A stretch of 63,021 bases of DNA, filler included. It is 7 parts of 7 records of this genome, joined end to end, with 100 filler letters (N's around TTAATTAATTAA, not from the genome) between each part and the next. Parts side by side here need not be neighbours in the genome. Positions count along the whole stretch, not along the records: positions 43,568 to 63,021 come from SRR20825019_2692; 6 more parts are not named here. One strand, 5' to 3'. Positions 44,838 to 54,604 of the stretch are shown in pieces. A model generated the notes under the pieces. That model saw only the letters and a program-made list of their open reading frames with translations. It made no database searches and had not been told where the DNA came from. Position numbers and translations under genes: made by a program. The number at the start of each line of letters is the position of its first letter. The stretch's first letter is position 1.

Positions 44838-45785
44838 ATGTCCAGATACATGTCCGCCTATGTCATGAGCGCCACGCTGTTTGCCGTCGGTTCCGGCGCA
44901 GCCATGGCCCAGGACAGCCTTGATGTCGCCTGGGTGCATTCCAATGCCGCGGCACAATCCGAACAGCGCGTGAAGGCCGGCTTTGAGGAATGGTTGGGCG
45001 AGAATGGCTATGACTGGAATGTGAGCTTCCTGGACAGTCAGGGCTCGGGCGAGGCGACGGCATCGAATCTGCAGGACGCGGTTTCGCGCGGGGTCGACGC
45101 TATCATCATCACCATGTCGGATCTGCGCGCTTCGAAGGCTGCAATCGACGTTGCCCTTGAGGCCGGCGTGCCGGTTTTCTCCGTCGACAGCGGCTATATC
45201 GACGGCGTGCAGGTGGATGTGACGACGAATAACTGGGCCATGTCCGCTGACGTATCGCCCTATCTGCTCGATCAGATGGGCGGCGAGGGCAACCTGATCT
45301 TCCTGCGCATGGCCGAGCATCACGGCACACGCAAGCGCGGCGATGTCATGCAGATGGTGCTGCAGGAATATGGCGATGTGAATGTGCTTGCTGAACACAA
45401 TATCGACTATACCGCCTTCTTCGAGGACACGACGTCCACGATGCAGGACTATGTTGCTCGCTTCGGCGAGGATATCGATGCTGTATGGGCGCCGTGGGAC
45501 GAGCCGGCCCAGGCCGCGATCAATGTGATGAAGGCCGCCGGCCTGACCGACGTAAAGGTGATCGGCATCGATGGTCACCCGCAGGCTCTTGCCGAGGTTT
45601 GCAAGCCTGACAGCATGATGATCGCAACCGTCAGTCAGCCGTTTGAAGAAATGGGCGCCCAGGTCGGCGACTGGATCGAGCAGATAGTCGGCGAGGGCAA
45701 GGCCCGCGAGGATGTGATCCCCAGCGACATCGTCTATCTCGATGCGCCGCTCGTGACCAAGGCGAACTGCAAGGACTTTATGTAG
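44838..45785 (+). CDS. Sugar ABC transporter substrate-binding protein (RbsB-like, CUT2)
   Basis: Signal peptide, GVDAIII, VIGIDG, ATVSQP; type-I periplasmic binding fold. Confidence 0.92.
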   Translation: MSRYMSAYVMSATLFAVGSGAAMAQDSLDVAWVHSNAAAQSEQRVKAGFEEWLGENGYDWNVSFLDSQGSGEATASNLQDAVSRGVDAIIITMSDLRASKAAIDVALEAGVPVFSVDSGYIDGVQVDVTTNNWAMSADVSPYLLDQMGGEGNLIFLRMAEHHGTRKRGDVMQMVLQEYGDVNVLAEHNIDYTAFFEDTTSTMQDYVARFGEDIDAVWAPWDEPAQAAINVMKAAGLTDVKVIGIDGHPQALAEVCKPDSMMIATVSQPFEEMGAQVGDWIEQIVGEGKAREDVIPSDIVYLDAPLVTKANCKDFM

Positions 45786-45797
45786 TCCGGTTCCTCC

Positions 45798-45836
45798 CCG
45801 GCAGGCGGGCCGCGCTTTGTTTTCGCGGCCTGCCGG
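45798..45836 (+). other. Intra-operonic stem-loop after the SBP gene
   Basis: CCGGCAGG..GCCGCG / CGCGGCCTGCCGG bulged hairpin, no U-tail. Confidence 0.45.
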
Positions 45837-45878
45837 CTGCCAGATATCCCAATCCAACACTTCGACAGGAAGGCACGC

Positions 45879-47399
45879 ATGTCCGTGCATCTCTCCGATA
45901 TCGTTATGGAATTTCCCGGTACGCGGGCGCTTGACGGCGTGAATGTAACCTTCGGCTTCAACGAGGTTCACGGGCTTGTGGGCGAGAATGGCGCGGGCAA
46001 AAGTACCTTCGTCAATATTCTTGGCGGTTCGCTTCAGCCAACTGCGGGCGGCGTCTCCATCTCTGGAAAACCCGTCATTCTCTCCAGCCCGCGCGCCGCA
46101 TTGGCGCATGGCATTGCCCATGTCAGCCAGGAGGGCAGCCTTGTTCCCTCGCTGACGGGGGCAGACAACATCATGCTTGGCAGCGAACCGAAACACGGTT
46201 TTGGTATTCTTCATCGCAGCGCCCTGCGCGCCGAGGCCCGGCGCCTGCTCGCGGAGTGGTTTCCCGGTGTCGAGATCGATCTCGACCGTCCGATCACCGA
46301 CCTGCCGATGGCGGAGCGCAAGGTCATCGAGATTGTACGCGCGCTCAGGGGCGATATCCGGCTTCTGATCCTCGACGAGCCGACGGCAACGCTTGAGGCG
46401 CGCGAAAAGAAACGGCTTTGGGACATTATCCGCCTCCTGCCGCAAAAGGGGGTCGGTGTTGTCCTGATTTCCCATTTCCTTTCGGAAGTCGTCGCGCTTT
46501 CGGACAGGGTGACTGTTTTGCGCGACGGAAAGCATGTCGGCACGCTTGATGGCGCGGATGCCAGCGAGGCCACGTTGACGGATATGATGCTCCGTCGAGA
46601 AGACGCGCAGGATGCGCCGACCGCAACCACGCCGGTCGCGACACGATCTCCGGCAGGCGAGGGCAGCGTCGTCCTGTCCGTTTCTGATTGGCGTGCTGGA
46701 TCAATCCAAGTGGATCGGTTCGCGTTGCAGGCCGGAGAAATTGTCGGCCTTATCGGGCTGACAGGGGCCGGTCATTTCGGCTTTGCGCGTTCGCTCTACA
46801 CGCGGCACGGTGTTGTGAAGGGTAAGATTGCGGTCGCCGGAACAGAGGTTCGTCAGTCCGGTGTGCGGGCGATGCAGCGCGCGGGTGTGGCTTTCGTGCC
46901 GGACCACCGCATAGAAAACGCACTGGCGGGTGACGGAACCGTGGTCGAGAACCTCACCATGGTTCATTCCAGTTTCGCTGCGACGAGCGGTATTCTGAGC
47001 CACGGCAAGGAGCGTCGGGAGGCCAGCCGCATCATCAAGCTTCTGAACGTGAAGACGCCCAATCAGAGACAGCTTATCCGCAATCTGTCCGGCGGGAACA
47101 AGCAGAAGGTTTCGATCGGAAAATGGCTCTACGGAATCGGGAATCCCTACAAGGTCCTGATCTTCATCGAGCCCACCGAAGGCGTCGATATCGGCGCGAA
47201 AATGGAGATTTATGCCCATATGCGCAGGCTTGCGGCCGATGGCGCCGCAATCCTGATCGCGTCTTCCGATCTCGGGGAAATCGCGCAGGTCTGTGATCGG
47301 GCCATTCCCTTCGTCCATGGCCTTCCCGGCGCCGACATTCCGGCATCCGAATTCTCCGAAGGCCGGTTCATTCAAGCCATTTCTGGAGATGCAGCATGA
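45879..47399 (+). CDS. Sugar ABC transporter ATP-binding protein (two NBDs, RbsA-like)
   Basis: GENGAGKS, LILDEPT, ISHFL, LSGGNKQK. Confidence 0.94.
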   Translation: MSVHLSDIVMEFPGTRALDGVNVTFGFNEVHGLVGENGAGKSTFVNILGGSLQPTAGGVSISGKPVILSSPRAALAHGIAHVSQEGSLVPSLTGADNIMLGSEPKHGFGILHRSALRAEARRLLAEWFPGVEIDLDRPITDLPMAERKVIEIVRALRGDIRLLILDEPTATLEAREKKRLWDIIRLLPQKGVGVVLISHFLSEVVALSDRVTVLRDGKHVGTLDGADASEATLTDMMLRREDAQDAPTATTPVATRSPAGEGSVVLSVSDWRAGSIQVDRFALQAGEIVGLIGLTGAGHFGFARSLYTRHGVVKGKIAVAGTEVRQSGVRAMQRAGVAFVPDHRIENALAGDGTVVENLTMVHSSFAATSGILSHGKERREASRIIKLLNVKTPNQRQLIRNLSGGNKQKVSIGKWLYGIGNPYKVLIFIEPTEGVDIGAKMEIYAHMRRLAADGAAILIASSDLGEIAQVCDRAIPFVHGLPGADIPASEFSEGRFIQAISGDAA

Positions 47400-48391
47400 C
47401 GCCGCACCGCTCTTCACCGTCCGAGCCGGTCAAAACGCCCGCAGGCAGACCCGTCCGATCGGACTTCATTCAGCGTTATTCCACGCTGGGCGTTCTCATC
47501 CTCATGTTCATCGGCTTTTCGCTGTTCGTGGACAGGTTCCTGACGCCATTCAACCTGACCAATATCCTGCAGCAGATCGCGATCCTGACGATCGTCGGCT
47601 CGGGGTTGACCATTGGCTTTGCGGCGAAGGAGATCGATCTTTCGGTGGGCTTCACCGTGGGGCTTTCCGGCATCCTCGTTCCCCTTCTCCTGACGTCCGG
47701 ATATTCTATCGCAGTGGCGCTTCTGGCGGGGCTGGCGGCGGGCGTTCTGGTCGGCGTCGTGAACGGCTTTCTCATCACCAGGGTGGGGATACCCTCGCTG
47801 ATCGCGACGCTTGCCATGGGATCGATCCTGTTCGGGATAAACTTCCTGATGACCGGCGGCCGCGCAATCTATGGCGGTCTGCCCGATGCCTATCTCGCGC
47901 TCGGCCAGGGACGCATCTTCGGTATTCCGAACCTTGCGTTCTTCATGGTGATTGCCGTGGCGATCGCCTGGTTTGTGATGGAGCGGACGGTTTTCGGACG
48001 CTACGTCTATGCCGTCGGCGGCAATCAGAAGGCGGCCGAGCTTTCGGGGGTGCGCATCACCTTTTACCGGATGGCCGCACTGGTGCTTGTCTCCGTCTTT
48101 GCGGTCGTTGCCGGCGCGCTTCTCGCCTCGCGGTTGGGTTCGGGCCAGCCCAATGTGGGCGAACGCTACCTGCTCGACGGGCTTGCCACCGTCTTTATCG
48201 GGATGACGATGTTCCGCCCCGGCACGGCTACCGTGCTCGGCACGCTTTGCGGCGCGCTCTTCATCGGCGTGATCAATAACGGGCTGAACCTGATCGGGAT
48301 GGATACCTACATCCAGAACATCGTGAAGGGCGTCATCATTCTAATCGCGGTCGCGATCGTCTCGCGCACCACCAAACTCAATCTTCTCTGA
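47396..48391 (+). CDS. Sugar ABC transporter permease (RbsC-like)
   Basis: IDLSVG, IPSLIATL, FGRYVYAVGGN..AAELSG. Confidence 0.94.
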   Translation: MTPHRSSPSEPVKTPAGRPVRSDFIQRYSTLGVLILMFIGFSLFVDRFLTPFNLTNILQQIAILTIVGSGLTIGFAAKEIDLSVGFTVGLSGILVPLLLTSGYSIAVALLAGLAAGVLVGVVNGFLITRVGIPSLIATLAMGSILFGINFLMTGGRAIYGGLPDAYLALGQGRIFGIPNLAFFMVIAVAIAWFVMERTVFGRYVYAVGGNQKAAELSGVRITFYRMAALVLVSVFAVVAGALLASRLGSGQPNVGERYLLDGLATVFIGMTMFRPGTATVLGTLCGALFIGVINNGLNLIGMDTYIQNIVKGVIILIAVAIVSRTTKLNLL

Positions 48392-48401
48392 GGATGCCAT
48401 C

Positions 48402-49457
48402 ATGACTGCACCCAGCGATACCGTCGTATCGGACAAGGCGCCGCGTTCGAACACCGAGCTTCTCCCGCTTTACACGGAAATGCGCCGTGTCCGGACTTTC
48501 GAGGAACGTGTCGGCGAACTCTTTGTGCGCGGCCAGTCCGCGGGCTCCATGCTTCACCTGTCGATTGGCGAAGAAGCTGCCGCCGTTGGCGTTGCCTCGC
48601 TGATGCGCGATGGCGACACGTTCACAACCCATCACCGCGGTCACGGCATTTTTCTGGCCCGCGGCGCGGATCCGAAGCGGATGATGGCGGAGATCGGAGG
48701 CAAGGAAGAAGGCTATTGCCGGGGCAAGGGCGGTTCGATGCACATTGCCGATATGGGGCTTGGCCATCTTGGCGCCAATGCCATCGTCGGCGGCGGCATT
48801 GCCGCTGTGGTCGGCGCCGGCCTGGCCTCCAAACGGGCCGGGAAGGGCGCCGTCTCCGTTGCCTTCTTCGGCGATGGCGCGATGCAGCAGGGGATTCTCT
48901 ACGAGAGCATGAATATGGCCGCGCTCTGGGATCTGCCGGTTCTGTTCGTCTGCATCAACAATCAGTATGGCATGGGAACACGCATCGAGCAGGCCACCAA
49001 GGGTCGCGCCTTGCATGAGCGCGGACTGGCTTTTGGACTGAACGCGGAAACGGTGGACGGCCTCGACGTTCGCGATGTCCGCTCCGCGGCAGCCCGTTTC
49101 ATCGATGAAGCGCGCAACGGCAAGCCGGGCTTCCTCGCGATCGAGTGCTACCGTTTCTTCGGACATGCGCGAATGGACAAGAGCCCGTATCGCAGCGAAG
49201 AGGATGAAGCCAGGGGGCGGGCCAAGGATCCGGTGCTTCACGCCCGCAAGGCCCTGCTTGAGCATGGCGAGGCCGATGAAAAGGCGCTCGATGTGATCGA
49301 CGCCGAAATCGCACGCGAGATGGACGCAACCATCGACTTTACCGTCGCAAGCACCGAGCCGCCGCTCGGATCGATGTTCCGGGATGTCTATGCGCCTGGC
49401 GAGCCCGAACCGGAGCCGGTGGCCACGCGTATTGACCGAATTCTGGCAGGGGAGTGA
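48402..49457 (+). CDS. ThDP-dependent dehydrogenase E1 alpha subunit (AcoA/PdhA-like)
   Basis: HLSIGEEA, HHRGHG, GKGGSMH, GDGA...NN ThDP motif, YRFFGH. Confidence 0.93.
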   Translation: MTAPSDTVVSDKAPRSNTELLPLYTEMRRVRTFEERVGELFVRGQSAGSMLHLSIGEEAAAVGVASLMRDGDTFTTHHRGHGIFLARGADPKRMMAEIGGKEEGYCRGKGGSMHIADMGLGHLGANAIVGGGIAAVVGAGLASKRAGKGAVSVAFFGDGAMQQGILYESMNMAALWDLPVLFVCINNQYGMGTRIEQATKGRALHERGLAFGLNAETVDGLDVRDVRSAAARFIDEARNGKPGFLAIECYRFFGHARMDKSPYRSEEDEARGRAKDPVLHARKALLEHGEADEKALDVIDAEIAREMDATIDFTVASTEPPLGSMFRDVYAPGEPEPEPVATRIDRILAGE

Positions 49458-49461
49458 GCCA

Positions 49462-50451
49462 ATGGTCGAGATGACTTACAGAGACGCGCTCAAGCAGGCG
49501 TTGATCGATACGATGACCGAGGACGACAGCGTCGTCGTGATCGGCGAGGAAGTCGGACGCTATGGCGGGGCCTATGGCGTGACCAAGGGGCTTTACGAGA
49601 CCTTCGGCGCGGAGCGCATGATCGACACCCCCATTTCCGAACCGGCGATCGTCGGCGCGGCCGTCGGGGCGGCAATGTCGGGCATGCGGCCGGTTGCGGA
49701 ACTGATGTATGTCGACTTCATCGGCATGACCATGGATCAACTGGGCAACCAGGCTGCCAAGATCCGCTATATGTTCGGCGGACAGATCGGCGTTCCGATG
49801 GTGCTGCGAACCCAGGGCGGGACCGGACGTTCGGCCGGCGCGCAGCATTCCCAGTCACTGGAAGCCTATGTCATGCATACGCCGGGCCTCCGGCTGGTCA
49901 TGCCGGCAACGGTTTCTGACGCCTATCACCTCTTGCGTCAGTCCCTGAAGCAGCCGGATCCGGTCGTGTTCATCGAGCACAAGGCGCTTTACACCCTGAA
50001 AGAGGATGTCGATCTGAGCGCGCCTGCGCCGGACTGGGGCAAGGCCGCCGTGCGTCGTATGGGCGATGACCTTGTGATCGTGACCTATTCCCGCCAGGTC
50101 CATAATGCCATGGCGGCGGCCGAGGCCCTGGCGAAGAATGGAATAGAAGCAACGGTGATCGATCTGCGGTCGCTCAACCCCCTGGATTTCGACACGGTGC
50201 GCGCGCATGTTGAGCGGGTCGGGCGGGCGATGGTCGTCTCCGAAGGCGTGATGACGGCCGGGGTCGGCGCGGAACTCTCCGCGCGCATCCACGAAGAGTG
50301 CTTCGACTTCCTTGCCGAACCCGTCATCCGCGTCTGCGGTGAAGATATCCCGATCTCCGTGTCGGTCGAGCTGGAGAAGAATTCGGTCCCGACGGCGCCC
50401 TTCATTCAGGATGTGGCTCAACGGCTGTTCGCGGACAGGAGAGTAGCATGA
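49462..50451 (+). CDS. ThDP-dependent dehydrogenase E1 beta subunit (AcoB/PdhB-like)
   Basis: GEEVG, DTPISE, AAKIRYMFGG, GAQHSQSLE, FIEHK, IDLRSLNPLD. Confidence 0.94.
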   Translation: MVEMTYRDALKQALIDTMTEDDSVVVIGEEVGRYGGAYGVTKGLYETFGAERMIDTPISEPAIVGAAVGAAMSGMRPVAELMYVDFIGMTMDQLGNQAAKIRYMFGGQIGVPMVLRTQGGTGRSAGAQHSQSLEAYVMHTPGLRLVMPATVSDAYHLLRQSLKQPDPVVFIEHKALYTLKEDVDLSAPAPDWGKAAVRRMGDDLVIVTYSRQVHNAMAAAEALAKNGIEATVIDLRSLNPLDFDTVRAHVERVGRAMVVSEGVMTAGVGAELSARIHEECFDFLAEPVIRVCGEDIPISVSVELEKNSVPTAPFIQDVAQRLFADRRVA

Positions 50452-52001
50452 CAACTGTCACCCTTTCCATGCCGCGCCTGGGTGAAACCATGGAAGAAGG
50501 CACGGTCTCGGGATGGCTTGTTGCCGAGGGCGAGGAATTCGCGCGCGGCGCGGCGCTGATCGAGTTCGAGACCGACAAGACGGCGGTGGAATATCCCGCA
50601 CTTGGCGCGGGCCGGCTGGTGAAGCAGCTTGCCGCCAAAGGCGATCTGATCCGTCTTGGCGAACCGATCGCGGAAATCGACCTCATGGGCGGTGATGACT
50701 GGGTCAGCAGCGGCGATGCGACGACGGATACAGCCGGTCAGGCTAAAGGTTCGGCCGAGGGAAGGCAGGGCGATACCGTCGTCATCGACCTGTTGATGCC
50801 GCGTCTCGGAGAGACGATGGAGGAAGGCCGGATCATGGGCTGGATGGTCGCCATCGGTGTGCATTACGAACGCGGCGCCTCGATCATCGAGGTCGAAACG
50901 GACAAGACCGTTGCCGAGTTTCCCGCCCTTGTGCCAGGCCGGATTGTCGAAACCCTCGTCGAACCCGGCGATATGGTCAAGGTGGACATGCCGATCGCGC
51001 GTATCGAGGTTGCGCGATCGGATGCGCCGCAAGCTGATGAAGCCGGAGAGGCGAAGACCTCTGCCCCCGAACATCAAACCGCAGACCGGCAGCCCGCCGC
51101 TTCGGCCCAGGCGCGCGCGGGAGGTCCCGTGCGGGCAACGCCGCTTGCCCGCCGTGCTGCACGCCGGGCCGGTCTCGATATCGCTTCGGTCAGCGGGACG
51201 GGACGGCGCGGACGCATCGAGCTTGCCGATGTCGAACGCGCGCTAACCGGCCACGTGGGCGCCTTGGCGTCCAAGAGCTGGGGCCCTGCTTCGGGCGCGC
51301 CGGTCCTGCTGGTCCATGGTTTTGGCGGAGACCGGTTGACCTTCGATCAGTTGGGCAAGGTTCTTGGACGGACTGGGCTTTCCGTGCGCGCGGTCGATCT
51401 GCCCTCTCACGGCAAGACCGACGTTCAGGCCCGCAATTTCGAAGATATCGTCACCGCGCTGACGGGCGAGCTGGACCCACAGCGCCCCGTGCATCTGGTT
51501 GGCCATTCACTTGGCGCAGCCGCATGCGTTGCCGCAGCCGCCCGGCATGGCGGCGCGGCGTCATTGACGTTGATCGCGCCCGCCGGGCTCGGCCTGGGTA
51601 TCGACGCGGAGTTCATTTCCGGCATGGCGCGGGCTGAAAGCGCGGGTGCTGTCGGGCATTTGCTGCGGCGTCTGTCCTCACGCGCGGAGACGTTCTCTCG
51701 CGAGATTGTTTCCGAGATCCATGCGGAATTGGCAAAGGGGCGTCTTGCGGATCTTGCGCAGGATATCTGCAGAGGCGGTCAGCAATCCGTGAATGTGCGG
51801 ACCGATCTGGCGCAGCTTGCCGGCGAGATCCCGGTGCGGACCCTCGTCGGCATGCAGGACCGGATCGTGGACTGGCGCGACGCCATCGACGTTTCATCGG
51901 CCATAGCGGTCCATGTTTTCCCGCGTGCCGGCCATATGCCGCATTGGGATGCCCCCGCCGAGGTCGCTACAATCCTGGAGAAGGAACTGAACCATGTCTG
52001 A
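50448..52001 (+). CDS. E2-like fusion: two lipoyl domains, peripheral-subunit-binding domain and alpha/beta hydrolase (AcoC-like)
   Basis: ETDKTAVE and ETDKTVAE lipoyl-Lys sites; ATPLARR...GTGRRGRIELADV PSBD; HGFGG, GHSLG, QD and AGH hydrolase triad; no HxxxDG acyltransferase core. Confidence 0.9.
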   Translation: MTTVTLSMPRLGETMEEGTVSGWLVAEGEEFARGAALIEFETDKTAVEYPALGAGRLVKQLAAKGDLIRLGEPIAEIDLMGGDDWVSSGDATTDTAGQAKGSAEGRQGDTVVIDLLMPRLGETMEEGRIMGWMVAIGVHYERGASIIEVETDKTVAEFPALVPGRIVETLVEPGDMVKVDMPIARIEVARSDAPQADEAGEAKTSAPEHQTADRQPAASAQARAGGPVRATPLARRAARRAGLDIASVSGTGRRGRIELADVERALTGHVGALASKSWGPASGAPVLLVHGFGGDRLTFDQLGKVLGRTGLSVRAVDLPSHGKTDVQARNFEDIVTALTGELDPQRPVHLVGHSLGAAACVAAAARHGGAASLTLIAPAGLGLGIDAEFISGMARAESAGAVGHLLRRLSSRAETFSREIVSEIHAELAKGRLADLAQDICRGGQQSVNVRTDLAQLAGEIPVRTLVGMQDRIVDWRDAIDVSSAIAVHVFPRAGHMPHWDAPAEVATILEKELNHV

Positions 52002-52332
52002 GACAGCATTTTCCGATAAGCTGAAAACCGCAAAGTCCCGCATGGGCGGATTCGCCAAATCGGCGCCGGAACTGATGCGTGGCTTCGCCGCCGTTTCCGG
52101 TGCAGCCACGAAAGCCGGCCATTTTTCCGCGGCCGACCGGGAACTGTTCGCCGTATCGATAGCGGTTGCAACACGCTGCGAGGACTGCATCCTCTATCAT
52201 GTGGAGGCCGCAAAGCGCCACGGCGCCGAAGAGGCCGTTCTTGTCGAGGCGCTGGAGGTCGCGGTCGAGATGGGCGGCGGACCGGCGGTGATGTATGCGG
52301 GAAAGGCGCTGGAGGCTTTCCGCGTTCTGTGA
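51994..52332 (+). CDS. CMD/AhpD-family protein with CxxC
   Basis: RELFAVSIAVATRCEDCILYH AhpD core; MGGGP; overlaps the E2-like gene. Confidence 0.9.
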   Translation: MSETAFSDKLKTAKSRMGGFAKSAPELMRGFAAVSGAATKAGHFSAADRELFAVSIAVATRCEDCILYHVEAAKRHGAEEAVLVEALEVAVEMGGGPAVMYAGKALEAFRVL

Positions 52333-52362
52333 ACGGTGCAAGCCGCAACAAGGGAGGAGACC

Positions 52363-53850
52363 ATGGTCTATTTTTTGACAGCCGATGGCGGCACTGAAAG
52401 TCTGCGCGCGCGGGTCTACGATCTGAAAGGCAAATGTCTCGGGACGCAGGCTGTTGCCTATCAGACGGATTTCAAACCCGGACGGGTTGAGCAGAACCCT
52501 GAAGACTGGTGGGCGAATTTCGTCGCCGCCGCGCGCGGCGCGATCGCGCAATCGGGCGTAAATCCGCCTGAGATAGAGGCGATCTGCTATGCCACAACCT
52601 GTTGCACCGTTGTCGCGCTCGATGAAAATGGACGCGCTCTGCGCCCGGCGATCATGTGGATGGATGTCCGGGCTCATGATGAAGCGCAGGCCGTGTTGGC
52701 GACGGGCGATGCCGCGCTGGAACTGAATGGCGCTGGCCACGGGCCGGTCTCGGCGGAATGGATGATACCGAAAGCGCTCTGGCTCAAGCGCAACGAACCA
52801 CACATCTTCGGCAAGGCGCATCGTATTTGTGAGTATCAGGACTTTTTGACCTACCGCCTGACCGGTGAATGGGCCGCGAGCCTCGATAATGCCGGCTTGC
52901 GCTGGCACTACCGCTCCCGCCAGGGCGGTTTTGCCGCCGGGCTTTTGAAGGCGCTCGACCTTGGAGAACTGAAGGGGAAATGGCCGAACCGGGTGGTCGC
53001 GCCCGGCGATGTGATCGGGACGCTGAGCTCGTCGGCCGCCAATGAGCTCGGTCTTTCGACTTCGGTCAAGGTGGTGCAGGGCGGCGCCGACGCCCTGATC
53101 GGAATGATCGGCCTCGGCGTGCACAAGCCGGGCCAGCTGGCAATGATTACCGGTTCGTCGCATCTGCAGTTCGGCGTGACCGAAAACCCGATTCATGCGC
53201 ACGGCGTTTGGGGCAGTTATGCCGATATCGTCTATCCGGATCGCTGGATCGTGGAAGGCGGGCAGACCTCGACGGGGTCGATCATCAACTGGCTTTCGCG
53301 CCTGACCGGCGGTCCCCTGAATTTCGAGGAACTTAACCGGAAGGCGGCGGCGCTTGAGCCTGGATGCGACGGGCTGCTGGTGCAGGATCATTTTCAGGGC
53401 AACCGCACACCCCATACCGATCCCCTGTCGCGCGGGGCCATTGTCGGGCTGACGCTGGGCCATGAGATGCACCATATCTTCCGTGCTGTGATGGAAGGGA
53501 TCGGCTTCGGTACGCGCGCCATTCTGGATGCATTCGGGGCCGCCGGCTATTCCGGCGAGGAAATGACGGTCGGCGGCGGCGCGGCGGCCTCCGATCTCTG
53601 GCTGCAGATCCACGCGGATACGGCGGGCATTCCCGTAAGCATTCCCGCATCAGCGGATGCGCCATCCACCGGCTCCGCGGTGCTTGCCGGCGTCGGCGCA
53701 GGCCGGTTCGCATCCATTGATGAAGGTATTGGAGCGATGGTGCACAAGGGTCGGGTAATCGAGCCTCGCCGCGAGAATGTCGAAAAATACAATGAAATCT
53801 ATGCGCGCTATGTTGCCCTCTATCCGGCGCTCAGGGAGATTCTCGCATGA
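52363..53850 (+). CDS. FGGY-family carbohydrate kinase (ribulokinase/xylulokinase-like)
   Basis: ADGGTES, EQNPEDWW, IMWMDVRA, GGADA, QGNRTP, GGGAAS..WLQIHAD. Confidence 0.92.
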   Translation: MVYFLTADGGTESLRARVYDLKGKCLGTQAVAYQTDFKPGRVEQNPEDWWANFVAAARGAIAQSGVNPPEIEAICYATTCCTVVALDENGRALRPAIMWMDVRAHDEAQAVLATGDAALELNGAGHGPVSAEWMIPKALWLKRNEPHIFGKAHRICEYQDFLTYRLTGEWAASLDNAGLRWHYRSRQGGFAAGLLKALDLGELKGKWPNRVVAPGDVIGTLSSSAANELGLSTSVKVVQGGADALIGMIGLGVHKPGQLAMITGSSHLQFGVTENPIHAHGVWGSYADIVYPDRWIVEGGQTSTGSIINWLSRLTGGPLNFEELNRKAAALEPGCDGLLVQDHFQGNRTPHTDPLSRGAIVGLTLGHEMHHIFRAVMEGIGFGTRAILDAFGAAGYSGEEMTVGGGAAASDLWLQIHADTAGIPVSIPASADAPSTGSAVLAGVGAGRFASIDEGIGAMVHKGRVIEPRRENVEKYNEIYARYVALYPALREILA

Positions 53851-54590
53851 CCGTGTGGGACAGGTTCTCCCTTGCCGGTCAGACCGCACTCGTCACCGGC
53901 GGCGCGAAAGGCATTGGCGCGGCGATCTCGAAAACCCTTGCCGAAGCTGGTGCAACTGTCACGATTGCCGATCTCGACATCGTTGAGGGCGAGGCGCTGG
54001 CCGGTCGACTTGGCGGTCACTTCATCCACCTCGATGTCTCGGATTTCGACGCTTGCGCTGCTGTCGCGCAAAGCATCACGCCGGATGTTCTGGTGGCAAA
54101 TGCGGGGATTGTTCACAACGCGCCAACCGCAGAGATCGATCCTGCCGACTGGCGGCGCGTGATCGACGTCAACCTGTCAGGCGTCTTCAATACGCTACGG
54201 GCTTTCGGTCCGGCAATGGTGGCGCGCGGATCGGGCGCCTGTGTCTGCACCTCGTCCATGTGCGGCGAAGTATCGGTGTGGCCGCAGCCGCAGGCCGCCT
54301 ACAACGCGGCGAAGGCAGGGGTAAACCTGCTCGTCAAGTCGACCGCGGTCGAATGGGCGCGCTCGGGCGTGAGGGTCAACGCGATTGCGCCCGGATATAC
54401 CGCTACGGAGCTCACGCTTGCCGGGCGTTCCAGGCCGGAATGGTTCGAAGTCTGGATGGACCGCACGCCGATGGGTCGTCTCGGCGAACCGCGGGAGATT
54501 GCAGACAGCGTGCTGTTCCTGTGCTCCACCGCTGCAAGTTTCATCACCGGCACGGTTCTGACCGTCGACGGCGGCTACACGGCCCTATGA
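53847..54590 (+). CDS. SDR oxidoreductase, polyol-dehydrogenase-like
   Basis: TGGAKGIG, ANAGI, PQPQAAYNAAK, VDGGY. Confidence 0.9.
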   Translation: MTVWDRFSLAGQTALVTGGAKGIGAAISKTLAEAGATVTIADLDIVEGEALAGRLGGHFIHLDVSDFDACAAVAQSITPDVLVANAGIVHNAPTAEIDPADWRRVIDVNLSGVFNTLRAFGPAMVARGSGACVCTSSMCGEVSVWPQPQAAYNAAKAGVNLLVKSTAVEWARSGVRVNAIAPGYTATELTLAGRSRPEWFEVWMDRTPMGRLGEPREIADSVLFLCSTAASFITGTVLTVDGGYTAL

Positions 54591-54604
54591 GAATGGAGGA
54601 GAGA

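Noticed and set aside
47150-47200. Non-canonical Walker B (IFIEPT) in the second NBD of the sugar ATPase
   Set aside because: Degeneracy of one site is common in two-domain CUT2 ATPases; not evidence of a pseudogene
48402-52001. Calling these genes housekeeping pdhABC
   Set aside because: The E2-like protein has no acetyltransferase core, there is no lpd, and the context is sugar catabolism
44811-53613. 574-aa and 548-aa minus-strand ORFs
   Set aside because: Antisense to the ABC and FGGY genes; no motifs
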